Of a DNA stretch of 63,635 nt, positions 29,143 to 38,570 are shown in pieces (within the stretch, counting starts at the first letter, position 1; every line of letters starts with the position of its first letter). The notes under the pieces are model-generated. The model ran no database searches. It was not told the DNA's origin and was given only the letters and a program-made list of their open reading frames with translations. The position numbers were made by a program, and so were the translations under genes. Location of the stretch: positions 1 to 63,635 of the forward strand of contig DAOVTB010000003.1 in assembly GCA_030633305.1 (NCBI GenBank). The letters run 5' to 3'. Origin of the DNA: Candidatus Muiribacteriota bacterium (GTDB taxonomy: Bacteria > Muiribacteriota > DAOVTB01).

Positions 29143-30495
29143 ATGAAAAAAATTGTATTATTTTTAATAATTTCAATTTTGATTTTTTCAAATCTATGGG
29201 CTGTTAAAGTAGGAAAAGTAACCAATATTACAGGTGATTATAAATTATTTATAAAAAAAACAAAAGATGAAAAAGGGACTCTTTTAAAAAAAGGAATGCC
29301 AGTTGATTTGGATTATTTTATTCAGTCTGGTAAAAATACCGAAGCTGAAATTCAACTTGATTATGAAGGAATGGATACGAAAATAAGAATAAGAAAAAAT
29401 AGTTTGATCAAGATAGTAAACCGGATTAATAAGAAAAAGAGAAGTGGTGTATTTTTGTACTTTGGACGCCTCTGGTCTCTTTTTAAAGGAAAAAAGAAAA
29501 ATGGTTATGCTGTTGAAACATTCAATTCTGTTTCTGGAGTTGAAGGTACCGAGTTTGAAGTTTCATATAACGAAAAACTGAAGCAAACTATTTTGAAAGT
29601 TAACAGTGGGAAGGTCAGATTTTCCAAAAAAAAGGGAATATTGCCTGGAATGCCTCCACAGGTAAAACATGTTGTAAAAGGTCAGATTGGTGTAGCTGAA
29701 AAGAATAAAAGTATAAAGTTGATTAAAGATAATTCTTCTAAAGACTATAATTATTACTTAAATGAAATCGAGATGACTTCAATAAGTAATGTGGATAATG
29801 AAACAACAGAGTATGTCGATGATTCTATTGTTCTGCTGTCTCCTGAGGAAGAAAACGAATTGTTCTGTGATGATGAAAATGGAATAATATTGACTTTAAA
29901 ATTACTCAGTAGTAGACAATTTGGTTCAGACAATTTGTCTTCACTAAATGGCAATGCCTATGTTTGGATAGATGATTGCAATTATTATAAAGGGAAGCAA
30001 TTACTTTATAAAACAGGAAGACCTATCAGAGTCTCTAATATTTCAAGGACGTGTCATGATGTAACAATTCTTTGTGGAGGGTACCAACATACTTTTGATC
30101 TTGATCTTACTGATTTTTCCGGAAAAAGCCATACAGAAAAAGTAAGGTTTTTTCATAAGACATTTGGATTCCGAATAAATCAGCCCAAGCAGCCTCGCAT
30201 CAAACCGAAAGATGTTGTTGCTGATCTTGAAATCATTGCTAATGGTCAGTTGTTGAAGGTAAAAAATATAGTGAATCATGAAGGATTAGATCCAGGATAT
30301 GCCTTTACTGGAGGAAAAGAAAAAGTTAATTTTTATTTTCCGATTTCTGAAAGAGATCTAACCATTACAATTAAATCTGAAAAATATAAGGATAAAACAA
30401 TTGATTATGCCCTGGAAGATTTAGGAAAAGGAATACCTTATATTGGTGCTTTTAGGAGTATTATTCTTGATAAGATTGAAAAAAAGAGTGAATAA
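29143..30495 (+). CDS. FecR-domain exported protein, paralogue 1
   Basis: Signal peptide; GYAVETFNSVSGVEGTEFEV FecR-type beta motif; GAGGAG RBS. Confidence 0.65.
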   Translation: MKKIVLFLIISILIFSNLWAVKVGKVTNITGDYKLFIKKTKDEKGTLLKKGMPVDLDYFIQSGKNTEAEIQLDYEGMDTKIRIRKNSLIKIVNRINKKKRSGVFLYFGRLWSLFKGKKKNGYAVETFNSVSGVEGTEFEVSYNEKLKQTILKVNSGKVRFSKKKGILPGMPPQVKHVVKGQIGVAEKNKSIKLIKDNSSKDYNYYLNEIEMTSISNVDNETTEYVDDSIVLLSPEEENELFCDDENGIILTLKLLSSRQFGSDNLSSLNGNAYVWIDDCNYYKGKQLLYKTGRPIRVSNISRTCHDVTILCGGYQHTFDLDLTDFSGKSHTEKVRFFHKTFGFRINQPKQPRIKPKDVVADLEIIANGQLLKVKNIVNHEGLDPGYAFTGGKEKVNFYFPISERDLTITIKSEKYKDKTIDYALEDLGKGIPYIGAFRSIILDKIEKKSE

Positions 30496-30530
30496 TATTA
30501 AAACTGTTTAAAGGTAAGAAGGTGAGAATT

Positions 30531-31889
30531 ATGAAAAAAATTTTGATAATTTCAATGATTTGTACAATGTTTATTTCTCAATTATGGCCTGTAACATCTG
30601 GGAAAGTAATGAATATTACTGGTGATAAGAAGCTATTCATGAAGAAAAACAGGGAAGAAAAAGGTATTCCTTTGAAGATTGGAATGTCAGTTGAATTGAA
30701 TTATTTTATTCAGTCTGGTAAAAATACTGAAGCTGAAATTTTACTTACATATGAAGAAATGAATACAACTGTAAAGATAAGAAAAAATAGTTTAATTAAA
30801 ATTGTAAGTAGAATCAATAAGAAAAAGAAAAAAGGAGTATTTCTGGTTTTTGGACGTCTATGGTCACTTTTTAAAGGAAAAAAGAAAAGCGGATATGCAG
30901 TTGAGACTTTTAATGCTGTTGCAGGGGTTGAAGGTACTGAGTTTGAAGTGGCCTATAATGAAAATTTGAAACAGACTATTTTGAAAGTTAATAGTGGAAA
31001 AGTCAGATTTTCTGGAAAAAAAGGAGTATTACCTGGACTTCCACCTCAAGTCAAGCATCTTGTTAAAGATCAGATTGGTATTGCTGAAAAAATTAAGGTT
31101 TTGAGGATATTAAAAAAAGAAGAATCAAAAGAATATAATCGTATTGAAAAGGAAATGGAATCTCTGGATGAAAACGAGATTCTTACAGTAGACAATAATT
31201 ATGAAGAAGAAAGTGAATTAGTTTTACAGTCTTCTGAAATTAGAAATGAACTTGAATGTGATGGTGACATGACTCTTGTTTTAAAGTTTCTAAAAAAAGA
31301 AAACTTTCATGAAAAGAATTTTGTCCCACTTGACTGTGTAGCAAAGGTCTGGATAAATGATTGCAATTATTATAATGGTAAGGAGCTTATTTATAAAGCT
31401 GGACAGCATATCAAAATAAGTAATCTGTCGCGGAACGATTTATATGAAGTAACAGTATTATGTGGTGGAATCCAACATAGTTTTGAAATTGATTTATCAT
31501 CTGTTCGAACAAAACTGCATATTCACAAAGTTAAATTTGCAGTTAAACAATTTGGTTTTCAGGATAAAGAAACCAAAGAGAATTTCTGGGGTAGCAAAAT
31601 CAAAAATAAATTTAAAATAAATATAAATTCACAAAAAATGAAATTCGCTTATGTATTGCCATCTGATCATCCCGATCCGTCAGATTACTGCATTGGGTTT
31701 ACTACACAGAAATGCTGTACCTATTTTCCGTTTGAGGTAAATAATTTTGAAATTTCTGTAAGTTCTGATGTTTATGAAGAACGTATTATTCAAATAGATC
31801 TTTCCGAACCCGAAGAAGGGCAATTTGATTGGTCTGATAAATTTGGTTTCTGGATTTATGAATTGGAGAAAAAACAGGTAAAGAAGTAA
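30531..31889 (+). CDS. FecR-domain exported protein, paralogue 2
   Basis: The N-terminal ~190 aa align closely with 29143-30495 (YFIQSGKNTEAEI, FGRLWSLFKGKKK, GVEGTEFEV); ATG at 30531 after AAGGTGA (ORF-track 30522 is GTG). Confidence 0.65.
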   Translation: MKKILIISMICTMFISQLWPVTSGKVMNITGDKKLFMKKNREEKGIPLKIGMSVELNYFIQSGKNTEAEILLTYEEMNTTVKIRKNSLIKIVSRINKKKKKGVFLVFGRLWSLFKGKKKSGYAVETFNAVAGVEGTEFEVAYNENLKQTILKVNSGKVRFSGKKGVLPGLPPQVKHLVKDQIGIAEKIKVLRILKKEESKEYNRIEKEMESLDENEILTVDNNYEEESELVLQSSEIRNELECDGDMTLVLKFLKKENFHEKNFVPLDCVAKVWINDCNYYNGKELIYKAGQHIKISNLSRNDLYEVTVLCGGIQHSFEIDLSSVRTKLHIHKVKFAVKQFGFQDKETKENFWGSKIKNKFKININSQKMKFAYVLPSDHPDPSDYCIGFTTQKCCTYFPFEVNNFEISVSSDVYEERIIQIDLSEPEEGQFDWSDKFGFWIYELEKKQVKK

Positions 31890-31936
31890 TCGATTATTTC
31901 AATAGAAATGGAATTTAAAAAAATGTGAGGTATAAA

Positions 31937-32506
31937 ATGCCAAAAGCTTGTAATCTGAAAAAAGGCAACGTAGTAGAACTTAATGGAGACGTATTTTCAG
32001 TTAAAGATATTGAAGTGAAATCCCCTTCTTCTAGAGGTGCGTCAACACTTTATAAAGTAAGTTTTCATGGAATAAAAACAAAACAGAACCTTAAGAATAC
32101 ATACAAAGGAACTGATTTTATAACTGATGCAGACTTAAGCCGGCATGAAGTCCAGTTTCTTTATAGTGATAGTGATTCATATACTTTCATGGATCTGCAG
32201 GATTTTAATCAGTACACCATGTATGCTGAAGATCTCGAGGGGATCAAAGAATGGCTCAATGAGGATCTTGAAGGAATCATTGGTTCATTTCTGGATGATG
32301 GTCTTCTTTGCATTGAACTGCCTCAGAATGTGGAATTGGAGATTACGCAGACTGACCCGGCAGTAAAAGGTACAGCTGGTGCTGGAAATAGGACGAAAAC
32401 TGCAGTTTTATCTACTGGTGTTGAAGTTCAGGTTCCGGAATATCTTGAAACTGGTGAAAAGATTAAAGTTTGTACAGAAACAGGTAAATTTATTTCGCGT
32501 GCTTAA
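31937..32506 (+). CDS. yeiP: elongation factor P-like protein (EfpL/YeiP subfamily)
   Basis: MPKACNLKKGNVV..VKDIEVKSPSSRGASTLYKVSF parallels E. coli YeiP (MPRANEIKKG..SPTARGAATLYKMRF); the loop carries SxxRG, not the EF-P KPGKG; ATG at 31937 after GAGG. Confidence 0.8.
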   Translation: MPKACNLKKGNVVELNGDVFSVKDIEVKSPSSRGASTLYKVSFHGIKTKQNLKNTYKGTDFITDADLSRHEVQFLYSDSDSYTFMDLQDFNQYTMYAEDLEGIKEWLNEDLEGIIGSFLDDGLLCIELPQNVELEITQTDPAVKGTAGAGNRTKTAVLSTGVEVQVPEYLETGEKIKVCTETGKFISRA

Positions 32507-32520
32507 AGAAAAAAGAATAA

Positions 32521-32578
32521 TCACACAAAGGCACTAAGGCACAAAGAAAGAAGATTGAAACACAGAGAACACAGAGAA
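32521..32578 (+). repeat. CAC-word tract after the yeiP stop
   Basis: TCACACAAAGGCACTAAGGCACAAAGAAAG...ACACAGAGAACACAGAGAAAAAAA. Confidence 0.75.
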
Positions 32579-32608
32579 AAAAAGAGAGAGAACAAAATTA
32601 TTAATGTT

Positions 32609-32695
32609 AAATACTAATATAGATGGGGTCACATGGAACTTTTGTGAACTTGAAATCCAAGTTCATGAAAGTTGCTTTGACCCCTGCACCAACTT
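32609..32695 (+). repeat. family A gene-end element, full copy (16-mer plus 60-nt hairpin)
   Basis: AAATACTAATATAGAT, then hairpin 32625-32684: 7-bp outer stem GGGGTCA/TGACCCC and a 16-bp inner stem that includes two G-U pairs; near-identical to 49142-49217. Confidence 0.85.
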
Positions 32696-32900
32696 TGCAA
32701 TTCCTCCAAAATTGATAAAGAACATATTATCCTCACTCTGGTGATCTGTCCAAGAAAATTCACCAAAAGATGATGAATAATGTTAATACCGGTGCCAATG
32801 GACTTTAATTTATATTGTGATAAGGGTTTGAGATAAATTCACAGTGCTTTGGCACCTTATACCAATATCGGGTAGACACAGAAAATAGATAGGGGAGCGT

Positions 32901-33479
32901 ATGCAGGAATTTATACATGTTTTATTAGGGATAAGTTTAAGCGCGGCTTGTGGATTCAGGGTTTTTATTCCATTTCTCGCCCTGAGTATTGCCAATATAA
33001 ATGGATGGATAACTTTATCCTCAGGTTTTGAGTGGATTGGCAGTCAGCCTGCTCTTATAGTTTTTTCAGTTGCAAGTGTCGTTGAAATAGCAGCATATTA
33101 TATTCCATGGCTTGACAATATGCTTGATACAATTGCGTCTCCATTAGCAGTTATTGCTGGAATTGCAACTACAGCATCTCTGACTGGAGATCTTGACCCA
33201 ATATTCCGTTGGACTGTTTCTATAATAGCAGGCGGGAGTGTTTCAGGTATAATACAGGCTGCAACAGCATCTTTACGAATGTTATCAACTGCAACCACTG
33301 GAGGTCTTGGGAATCCAGTGGTTTCTACTGCAGAAGCAGGTTCTGCAGCTGTAATTTCAATATCTGCGATTCTTGTTCCTATTTTTGCTTTTTGTGTAGT
33401 TTTACTTGTTTTAGGATGGGCTGGTTGGAAATTGTACAAGAAAGTTCAATCTTCTCGTTCCTTGATGAAATCATCATAG
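32901..33479 (+). CDS. DUF4126 family membrane protein
   Basis: LLGISLSAACGFRVFIPFLALSI and repeated Gly/Ala-rich TM helices typical of DUF4126; AGGGGAG RBS. Confidence 0.65.
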   Translation: MQEFIHVLLGISLSAACGFRVFIPFLALSIANINGWITLSSGFEWIGSQPALIVFSVASVVEIAAYYIPWLDNMLDTIASPLAVIAGIATTASLTGDLDPIFRWTVSIIAGGSVSGIIQAATASLRMLSTATTGGLGNPVVSTAEAGSAAVISISAILVPIFAFCVVLLVLGWAGWKLYKKVQSSRSLMKSS

Positions 33480-34054
33480 GGATTTTTGAAGTAGTAATCA
33501 GGATATAATTCCCGCATATGCCGCCAGATTGGTCTGTATGATAATCTAAATTTTGTGAAAAAATAATCAAGGTTCCGCATTTTTTGTTCATTCCTATTGA
33601 AAATGGCGGTGAGTTTTCTGTCCTCGTATGCGATATCCTTATCAACTTTTTCTCGACGTGTTTCAAGATCATCTATTATACCTTTTAGAAAAGCAAGTTC
33701 CTCTTTTCTTTCGATTTGTTTTGTCAGATTCTGACGGAATTTTTTTAATCGTGCAATTTTTTTCTTTAAAAATCTTATATCCTTTACAAGAAAATCTCCA
33801 TATCTCCTGAAAATATAGCTTCCGGCCTTATGCAGGTTTATATTTCTTTCACCGCCAAGGTATTTAACCCATATTTTAATTATTTGATCCATTGGTTTTT
33901 CATCATAGATCATTTCTGTGATCCTGTATAAATATATTTTCTGTTTTGTAGACAGGAATTTTTTTTGTTTAATGAATAATGATTCCGGCCAGAGAGTTCC
34001 TGACAAGATAAATGCGCCAATAAGTAGAATGTATAATTTTCTCATACAATCCAT
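33446..34054 (-). CDS. hypothetical exported protein
   Basis: Signal-like MRKLYILLIGAFILSGTLWP (alternative start 34045); 3' end overlaps the convergent gene by 34 nt. Confidence 0.45.
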   Translation of the reverse strand: MDCMRKLYILLIGAFILSGTLWPESLFIKQKKFLSTKQKIYLYRITEMIYDEKPMDQIIKIWVKYLGGERNINLHKAGSYIFRRYGDFLVKDIRFLKKKIARLKKFRQNLTKQIERKEELAFLKGIIDDLETRREKVDKDIAYEDRKLTAIFNRNEQKMRNLDYFFTKFRLSYRPIWRHMRELYPDYYFKNPYDDFIKERED

Positions 34055-34112
34055 TATATCTTAAAAATTACAATTTTTTCTTATTTTCTTTTTTCTATGA
34101 TAATATACAATT

Positions 34113-35447
34113 ATGGATCTTTTTGATAATGCTTCTGAAAAACAACTGCTAAAAAAAGCACCTCTGGCTGATCGGCTTAGACCAACAGAATTTTCTGATT
34201 TTTCTGGACAGAAAAAATTAATTGCAGAATCCAGTCCGCTGCGAAAGCTTATAACGGAGGATAAAATCCCTTCAATGATTTTATGGGGACCTCCGGGAAC
34301 CGGAAAAACAACATTGGCTAGAATAATTGCAAGACTGACTGGTAAGGAGTTCAATACTCTTTCCGCTGTATCAAGTGGCGTAAAAGATGTTCGAAATGTT
34401 GTTTCTGAAGCAGAGAAAAGGTTGAAATTTTCAGGGCGTGGAACAATTTTATTTATAGATGAAATCCATAGGTTTAATAAGGCTCAACAAGACGCTTTTT
34501 TGCCATATGTAGAATCAGGAATGATAACTTTAATAGGTGCAACTACGGAAAACCCTTCTTTTGAAGTCATAAATGCTCTGCTTTCGAGATGTCAGGTATA
34601 TATACTTGAACCTTTAAGTATAGAGGATTTGAAACAGATTCTGAGCCGCGCTTTAAAAGACAAGGAAAGTGGACTTGGCGAACTTGATATTTCAATTACA
34701 GATGAAGCTCTTGATGCTATTGTTCATATGAGCGATGGTGATGCAAGATATTCGTTGAATATACTTGAAACAGCTGCTTTTTTAGTAGCAGATCAGGATA
34801 ATCGTGTGATCGATGCAGAGACGATTGTCACTGCAACTCAGTCTAAATTATTGAGATATGATCGTGCAGGTGAAGAACATTATAATATTATCAGTGCGTT
34901 GCATAAATCCATGCGAGGAAGTGATGTGGATGCATCTTTGTACTGGATGTGCAGGATGCTTGAAGCCGGAGAAGATCCTCTATATGTGGTAAGACGTATA
35001 ATACGATTTGCTTCAGAGGATATTGGAAATGCTGATCCAGAGGCACTTAAAATAGCTCTTGCTGCACAACAGGCTGTCCATTTTGTAGGAATGCCAGAAG
35101 CAGGGCTTGCAATAGCACAGGCTGTAAGTTATATGGCAACTGCACCAAAATCAAATTCCCTTTATACTGCATATAAAAAGATTCAGAAAACTATTGCCGA
35201 AACCGGTGCACTTGGTGTTCCTAAACATATAAGAAATGCTCCTACGAAACTTATGAAAGACATCGGATATGGGAAGGATTATAAGTATGCTCATAATTAT
35301 GAAACAGGATTTGTTTCACAGGATTATCTTCCTGAAGAACTGAGAGGTAGTAAATTTTATTTTCCAAAAAACATTGGTTTTGAACGTGATATAATTAAAC
35401 GTATTAAATACTGGGAAAAACTGAAAAGTGAAGAAAAGGAAAGGTAG
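34113..35447 (+). CDS. rarA: replication-associated recombination protein A (AAA+ ATPase)
   Basis: [17 protein letters not shown] Walker [21 protein letters not shown], MgsA C-terminal domain pattern. Confidence 0.9.
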   Translation: MDLFDNASEKQLLKKAPLADRLRPTEFSDFSGQKKLIAESSPLRKLITEDKIPSMILWGPPGTGKTTLARIIARLTGKEFNTLSAVSSGVKDVRNVVSEAEKRLKFSGRGTILFIDEIHRFNKAQQDAFLPYVESGMITLIGATTENPSFEVINALLSRCQVYILEPLSIEDLKQILSRALKDKESGLGELDISITDEALDAIVHMSDGDARYSLNILETAAFLVADQDNRVIDAETIVTATQSKLLRYDRAGEEHYNIISALHKSMRGSDVDASLYWMCRMLEAGEDPLYVVRRIIRFASEDIGNADPEALKIALAAQQAVHFVGMPEAGLAIAQAVSYMATAPKSNSLYTAYKKIQKTIAETGALGVPKHIRNAPTKLMKDIGYGKDYKYAHNYETGFVSQDYLPEELRGSKFYFPKNIGFERDIIKRIKYWEKLKSEEKER

Positions 35448-35456
35448 TTTTTTTAC

Positions 35457-36284
35457 ATGATTGGTGTAGTTATTGTTACTCATAATTCCGAATCTGTAAT
35501 CCAAGATTGCGTTAATAGAATTTTAAAGCAGTCTGGAAGTTTTCCTGTAAATATTATTATTGTAGATTCCGGTTCAGATAATACTGAATATCTGGATAAA
35601 TTTGTTTCCGATTCAGTAACGGTTATTTATGAAAAAAATGTAGGCTATGCCGAGGGAAATAATATAGGCATAAAGAAAATAATAGATTCGACGGAATTTG
35701 TTTTTATCATGAATCCAGATGCATATATTGAAGAGGATTTTATCTCAGATACAATAAATTTATTAAATAGAAAAGAATATGAAAATGTTGGAATCCTGGG
35801 TCCTAAATTGTTAAGATATGATCTGGAAAAGATGTCTCCTACTGATGAGATTGATTCTTCAGGTGTATTTCAGACTTGGTATGGACGATGGTATGATCGT
35901 GGTTGGGGAAGTCCTGATGACGGGCAATATGATACGCTTTGTGATGGCGAGTCTGTTCCTGCTCTTACAGGAGCATTACTTATATGTCGTAGTTCAGTTT
36001 TAAAAAAAATAACAGGCAGGGATGCGGAAGTTTTTAACAGTTCTTTTTTCATGTATAAAGAAGATATAGACTTATGTTTAAGGGCCAGGGATTTTGGTGT
36101 TGACGTGAAATATACTTCAGAATTATCTGCATATCATTGCAGAGGTTACTGGAAAAGAAAAGATATGGCAAAATGGGCTAGAATCATATCAGCTAAAAAT
36201 GAAATTGTAGTAAATAAAAAACTCGGTTTTATAAAACTTATGTACAGCCGATTAAAATATATTCTGGCGTTGGCTGGTTTCTAA
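35457..36284 (+). CDS. family 2 glycosyltransferase
   Basis: VVIVTHNSE..VDSGSDN..NPDA motifs (rhamnosyltransferase-like GT2). Confidence 0.8.
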   Translation: MIGVVIVTHNSESVIQDCVNRILKQSGSFPVNIIIVDSGSDNTEYLDKFVSDSVTVIYEKNVGYAEGNNIGIKKIIDSTEFVFIMNPDAYIEEDFISDTINLLNRKEYENVGILGPKLLRYDLEKMSPTDEIDSSGVFQTWYGRWYDRGWGSPDDGQYDTLCDGESVPALTGALLICRSSVLKKITGRDAEVFNSSFFMYKEDIDLCLRARDFGVDVKYTSELSAYHCRGYWKRKDMAKWARIISAKNEIVVNKKLGFIKLMYSRLKYILALAGF

Positions 36285-36294
36285 TTGACTTCTT

Positions 36295-37557
36295 ATGAAT
36301 TTTAAAAATAAATCGTATATCATTTTTTTTACTATATATCTTTTAAACAAGATTCTGGTTTTTTCAAAAGAACTTCTTGTTATTTTGTATTTTGGTGCAA
36401 ATTTTACAACTGATTGTTACTACGCTTCAGTCTGGTATTATCAGATTCTTTTTCAGATATTGGGTGGTCTCTTTCTGCAATTTGTTGTTGTAGAGAGTAA
36501 AAAATATGGTTCTAAGAAATATGATTCTTCTATTTTCTGGGGAACATTTATTACAATTGCGGTCGTTTGTTTCCTTTTTATAATATTCATATCACCAATT
36601 GTTGCAGTAATCGGAAAGCATTTACCTGGGAAATACCATGTATTGTTAAAAAGAATAATGGTAATCCAAATGTTAAATAATGTTGTTTTGATCTATTTTA
36701 TGTTTAAAAAAATATTTCTGGTTTCTGATGGAGAATTTATTAATGTTGGGATTTTGGAAATAACATATTATTCAATGTCTGTCATATTTTTCATAGTGAT
36801 GTATAGCCTTGGTGTTTGTAATATCATAATTTCTGTACTGTCTACTACTATGGCTTTATTTATCGGGTATTTGATTTTCTATAAAAATATAAGAAACAGG
36901 ATCGTTCTTATTTTTCCGTTTAATAAAATTCTATTTAATTCAATAGTAAGATTTTTTCCAATTATTGTAGCCATGATTGTAAATTATATATATTTTTTTC
37001 AATTGAATTTTCTGGTTTCAATTTTAGGTGAAAAAAGTATTACAAATTTATTCTGGGGAATAAAACTTGTTGAAAGTTTTATGAGTTTAAGTACGGGATT
37101 TATTACAGTTATTCTTCTGCCAAAATTATGTGAATTAAGTGATTCAGAAGTGATTATCAATTTGAGGAAGAAGCTGTCAAAGTTTGTTATGTTTTCAATT
37201 TTAATGTTCATAATATACATGGTTTCATCAGTGTCCCTTCTGTATTTTTTGAACGTAAAAAGTAAATATTATGAATTTTTAAAACATTCATATTATTTTG
37301 CATTTGCTTTGCCTGCCAGGATTTATATTATGATCATGATACAGTATTATTTTGCGTTGAGAATGTATAAGTCATATTCATATAGCTATTGTTCTTTTCA
37401 GATATTATCAATAATTCTGAATTTTGCTCTATTTTCAAGTTTTGGTTTTTATGGACTTGGATTTTCCTTTGTATTCACACAATATCTAGTAGCATTTTTT
37501 ATGACAATATACATTTTTAAAGGCAATCCCAGTAATAAAATCTCAGAAAGTACATAG
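36295..37557 (+). CDS. polytopic membrane protein, polysaccharide flippase-like (MOP/Wzx-type)
   Basis: About 12 hydrophobic helices, located between glycosyltransferase genes; assignment is by context and topology only. Confidence 0.5.
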   Translation: MNFKNKSYIIFFTIYLLNKILVFSKELLVILYFGANFTTDCYYASVWYYQILFQILGGLFLQFVVVESKKYGSKKYDSSIFWGTFITIAVVCFLFIIFISPIVAVIGKHLPGKYHVLLKRIMVIQMLNNVVLIYFMFKKIFLVSDGEFINVGILEITYYSMSVIFFIVMYSLGVCNIIISVLSTTMALFIGYLIFYKNIRNRIVLIFPFNKILFNSIVRFFPIIVAMIVNYIYFFQLNFLVSILGEKSITNLFWGIKLVESFMSLSTGFITVILLPKLCELSDSEVIINLRKKLSKFVMFSILMFIIYMVSSVSLLYFLNVKSKYYEFLKHSYYFAFALPARIYIMIMIQYYFALRMYKSYSYSYCSFQILSIILNFALFSSFGFYGLGFSFVFTQYLVAFFMTIYIFKGNPSNKISEST

Positions 37558-37595
37558 TTTGAAATAATGTTTTCAAACAATCGCCTGATTCAGGT

Positions 37596-38552
37596 TTAAG
37601 TAATTTTTTTGAAATAGAATGAAACCTGATCGCCTTGAGAAATTGAATTTAAATAATCTGCTTTTTTTGAGAAAAGAGATATTTGTTTTTTTGAAAAAAT
37701 TGACTTTCTTCTTGAAACTGCATATGATGTTTCGCTTCGGAGAGGAATATTCCTTATGTATTGTTCGCTTCCCCAGAATTGAAAGCAATCAGAATCAAAA
37801 TTATGACTATGCAATTTCAAACCACATTTTTCTGCAAGTAACTTAATACTGAAAATGGAATGAAGAAAAAAATGACGTGGCGCATCAAGCTGTACCCAGT
37901 AGACGTTGTAATATTTCCATGCAAAAGAAGAGACTACAGGAATTCTGATTAAAAGTGTACCGGTATCTGATAAAAGAGATGCTGCTTTTTTTATGGTACT
38001 TTCCTGATCCATAATGTGTTCAAGTGAATGGTGAAACATGACTAAATCCCATTTTCCAGTCATTTTATGAATATCCATATTTTTTATATTCAAATTATTC
38101 CTGTATGTTTTTTCGTTTTTGTTAAAAGGATCTATTCCCAGAATGTTATAAAATCCCCATTCTTTCAAAAAATATAAGAGATTTCCGCTTCCACATCCTA
38201 CATCAAGTATTTTCCAATGTTTTTCCAGAGAAAGTGGTTTTAAAGATTTAAAAGCTGGATTTGGAAAATTATCGTAAAGTGCTTTCCCGAGGATTGGTTT
38301 TTTTCCACAAAAAGCGAATTCGTTCCGGATTGACATAATATATTTTTTAAATTTATTTATATCTTCTGGAGTTTGATATGAATAATAATTATCTGGATAA
38401 AATTCAGACATATTTTCAGGAAAGTCTTGTATTTGAAGGCAATGGCAGTTGGAACACTGGAAATAACGGAAAGGTTTTTTTGTCCCGAACATCATCTCTT
38501 TGATATGATATTCGACATTCTTATCAGAATTACTGCATATTTTACATTTCAT
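37596..38552 (-). CDS. class I SAM-dependent methyltransferase with N-terminal zinc ribbon
   Basis: CKIC..x..CSNC four-Cys ribbon, ILDVGCGSGNLL motif I; ATG at 38552 chosen (ORF-track 38567 is GTG). Confidence 0.75.
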   Translation of the reverse strand: MKCKICSNSDKNVEYHIKEMMFGTKKPFRYFQCSNCHCLQIQDFPENMSEFYPDNYYSYQTPEDINKFKKYIMSIRNEFAFCGKKPILGKALYDNFPNPAFKSLKPLSLEKHWKILDVGCGSGNLLYFLKEWGFYNILGIDPFNKNEKTYRNNLNIKNMDIHKMTGKWDLVMFHHSLEHIMDQESTIKKAASLLSDTGTLLIRIPVVSSFAWKYYNVYWVQLDAPRHFFLHSIFSIKLLAEKCGLKLHSHNFDSDCFQFWGSEQYIRNIPLRSETSYAVSRRKSIFSKKQISLFSKKADYLNSISQGDQVSFYFKKIT

Positions 38553-38570
38553 TTTTGTAATAAGCACCTG

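Noticed and set aside
29143-31889. Diversity-generating retroelement (template/variable repeat pair) in the FecR paralogues
   Set aside because: Differences between the two copies involve all four bases rather than adenine-specific changes. No reverse transcriptase gene is present, and similarity spans the whole N-terminal half rather than a short C-terminal variable region.
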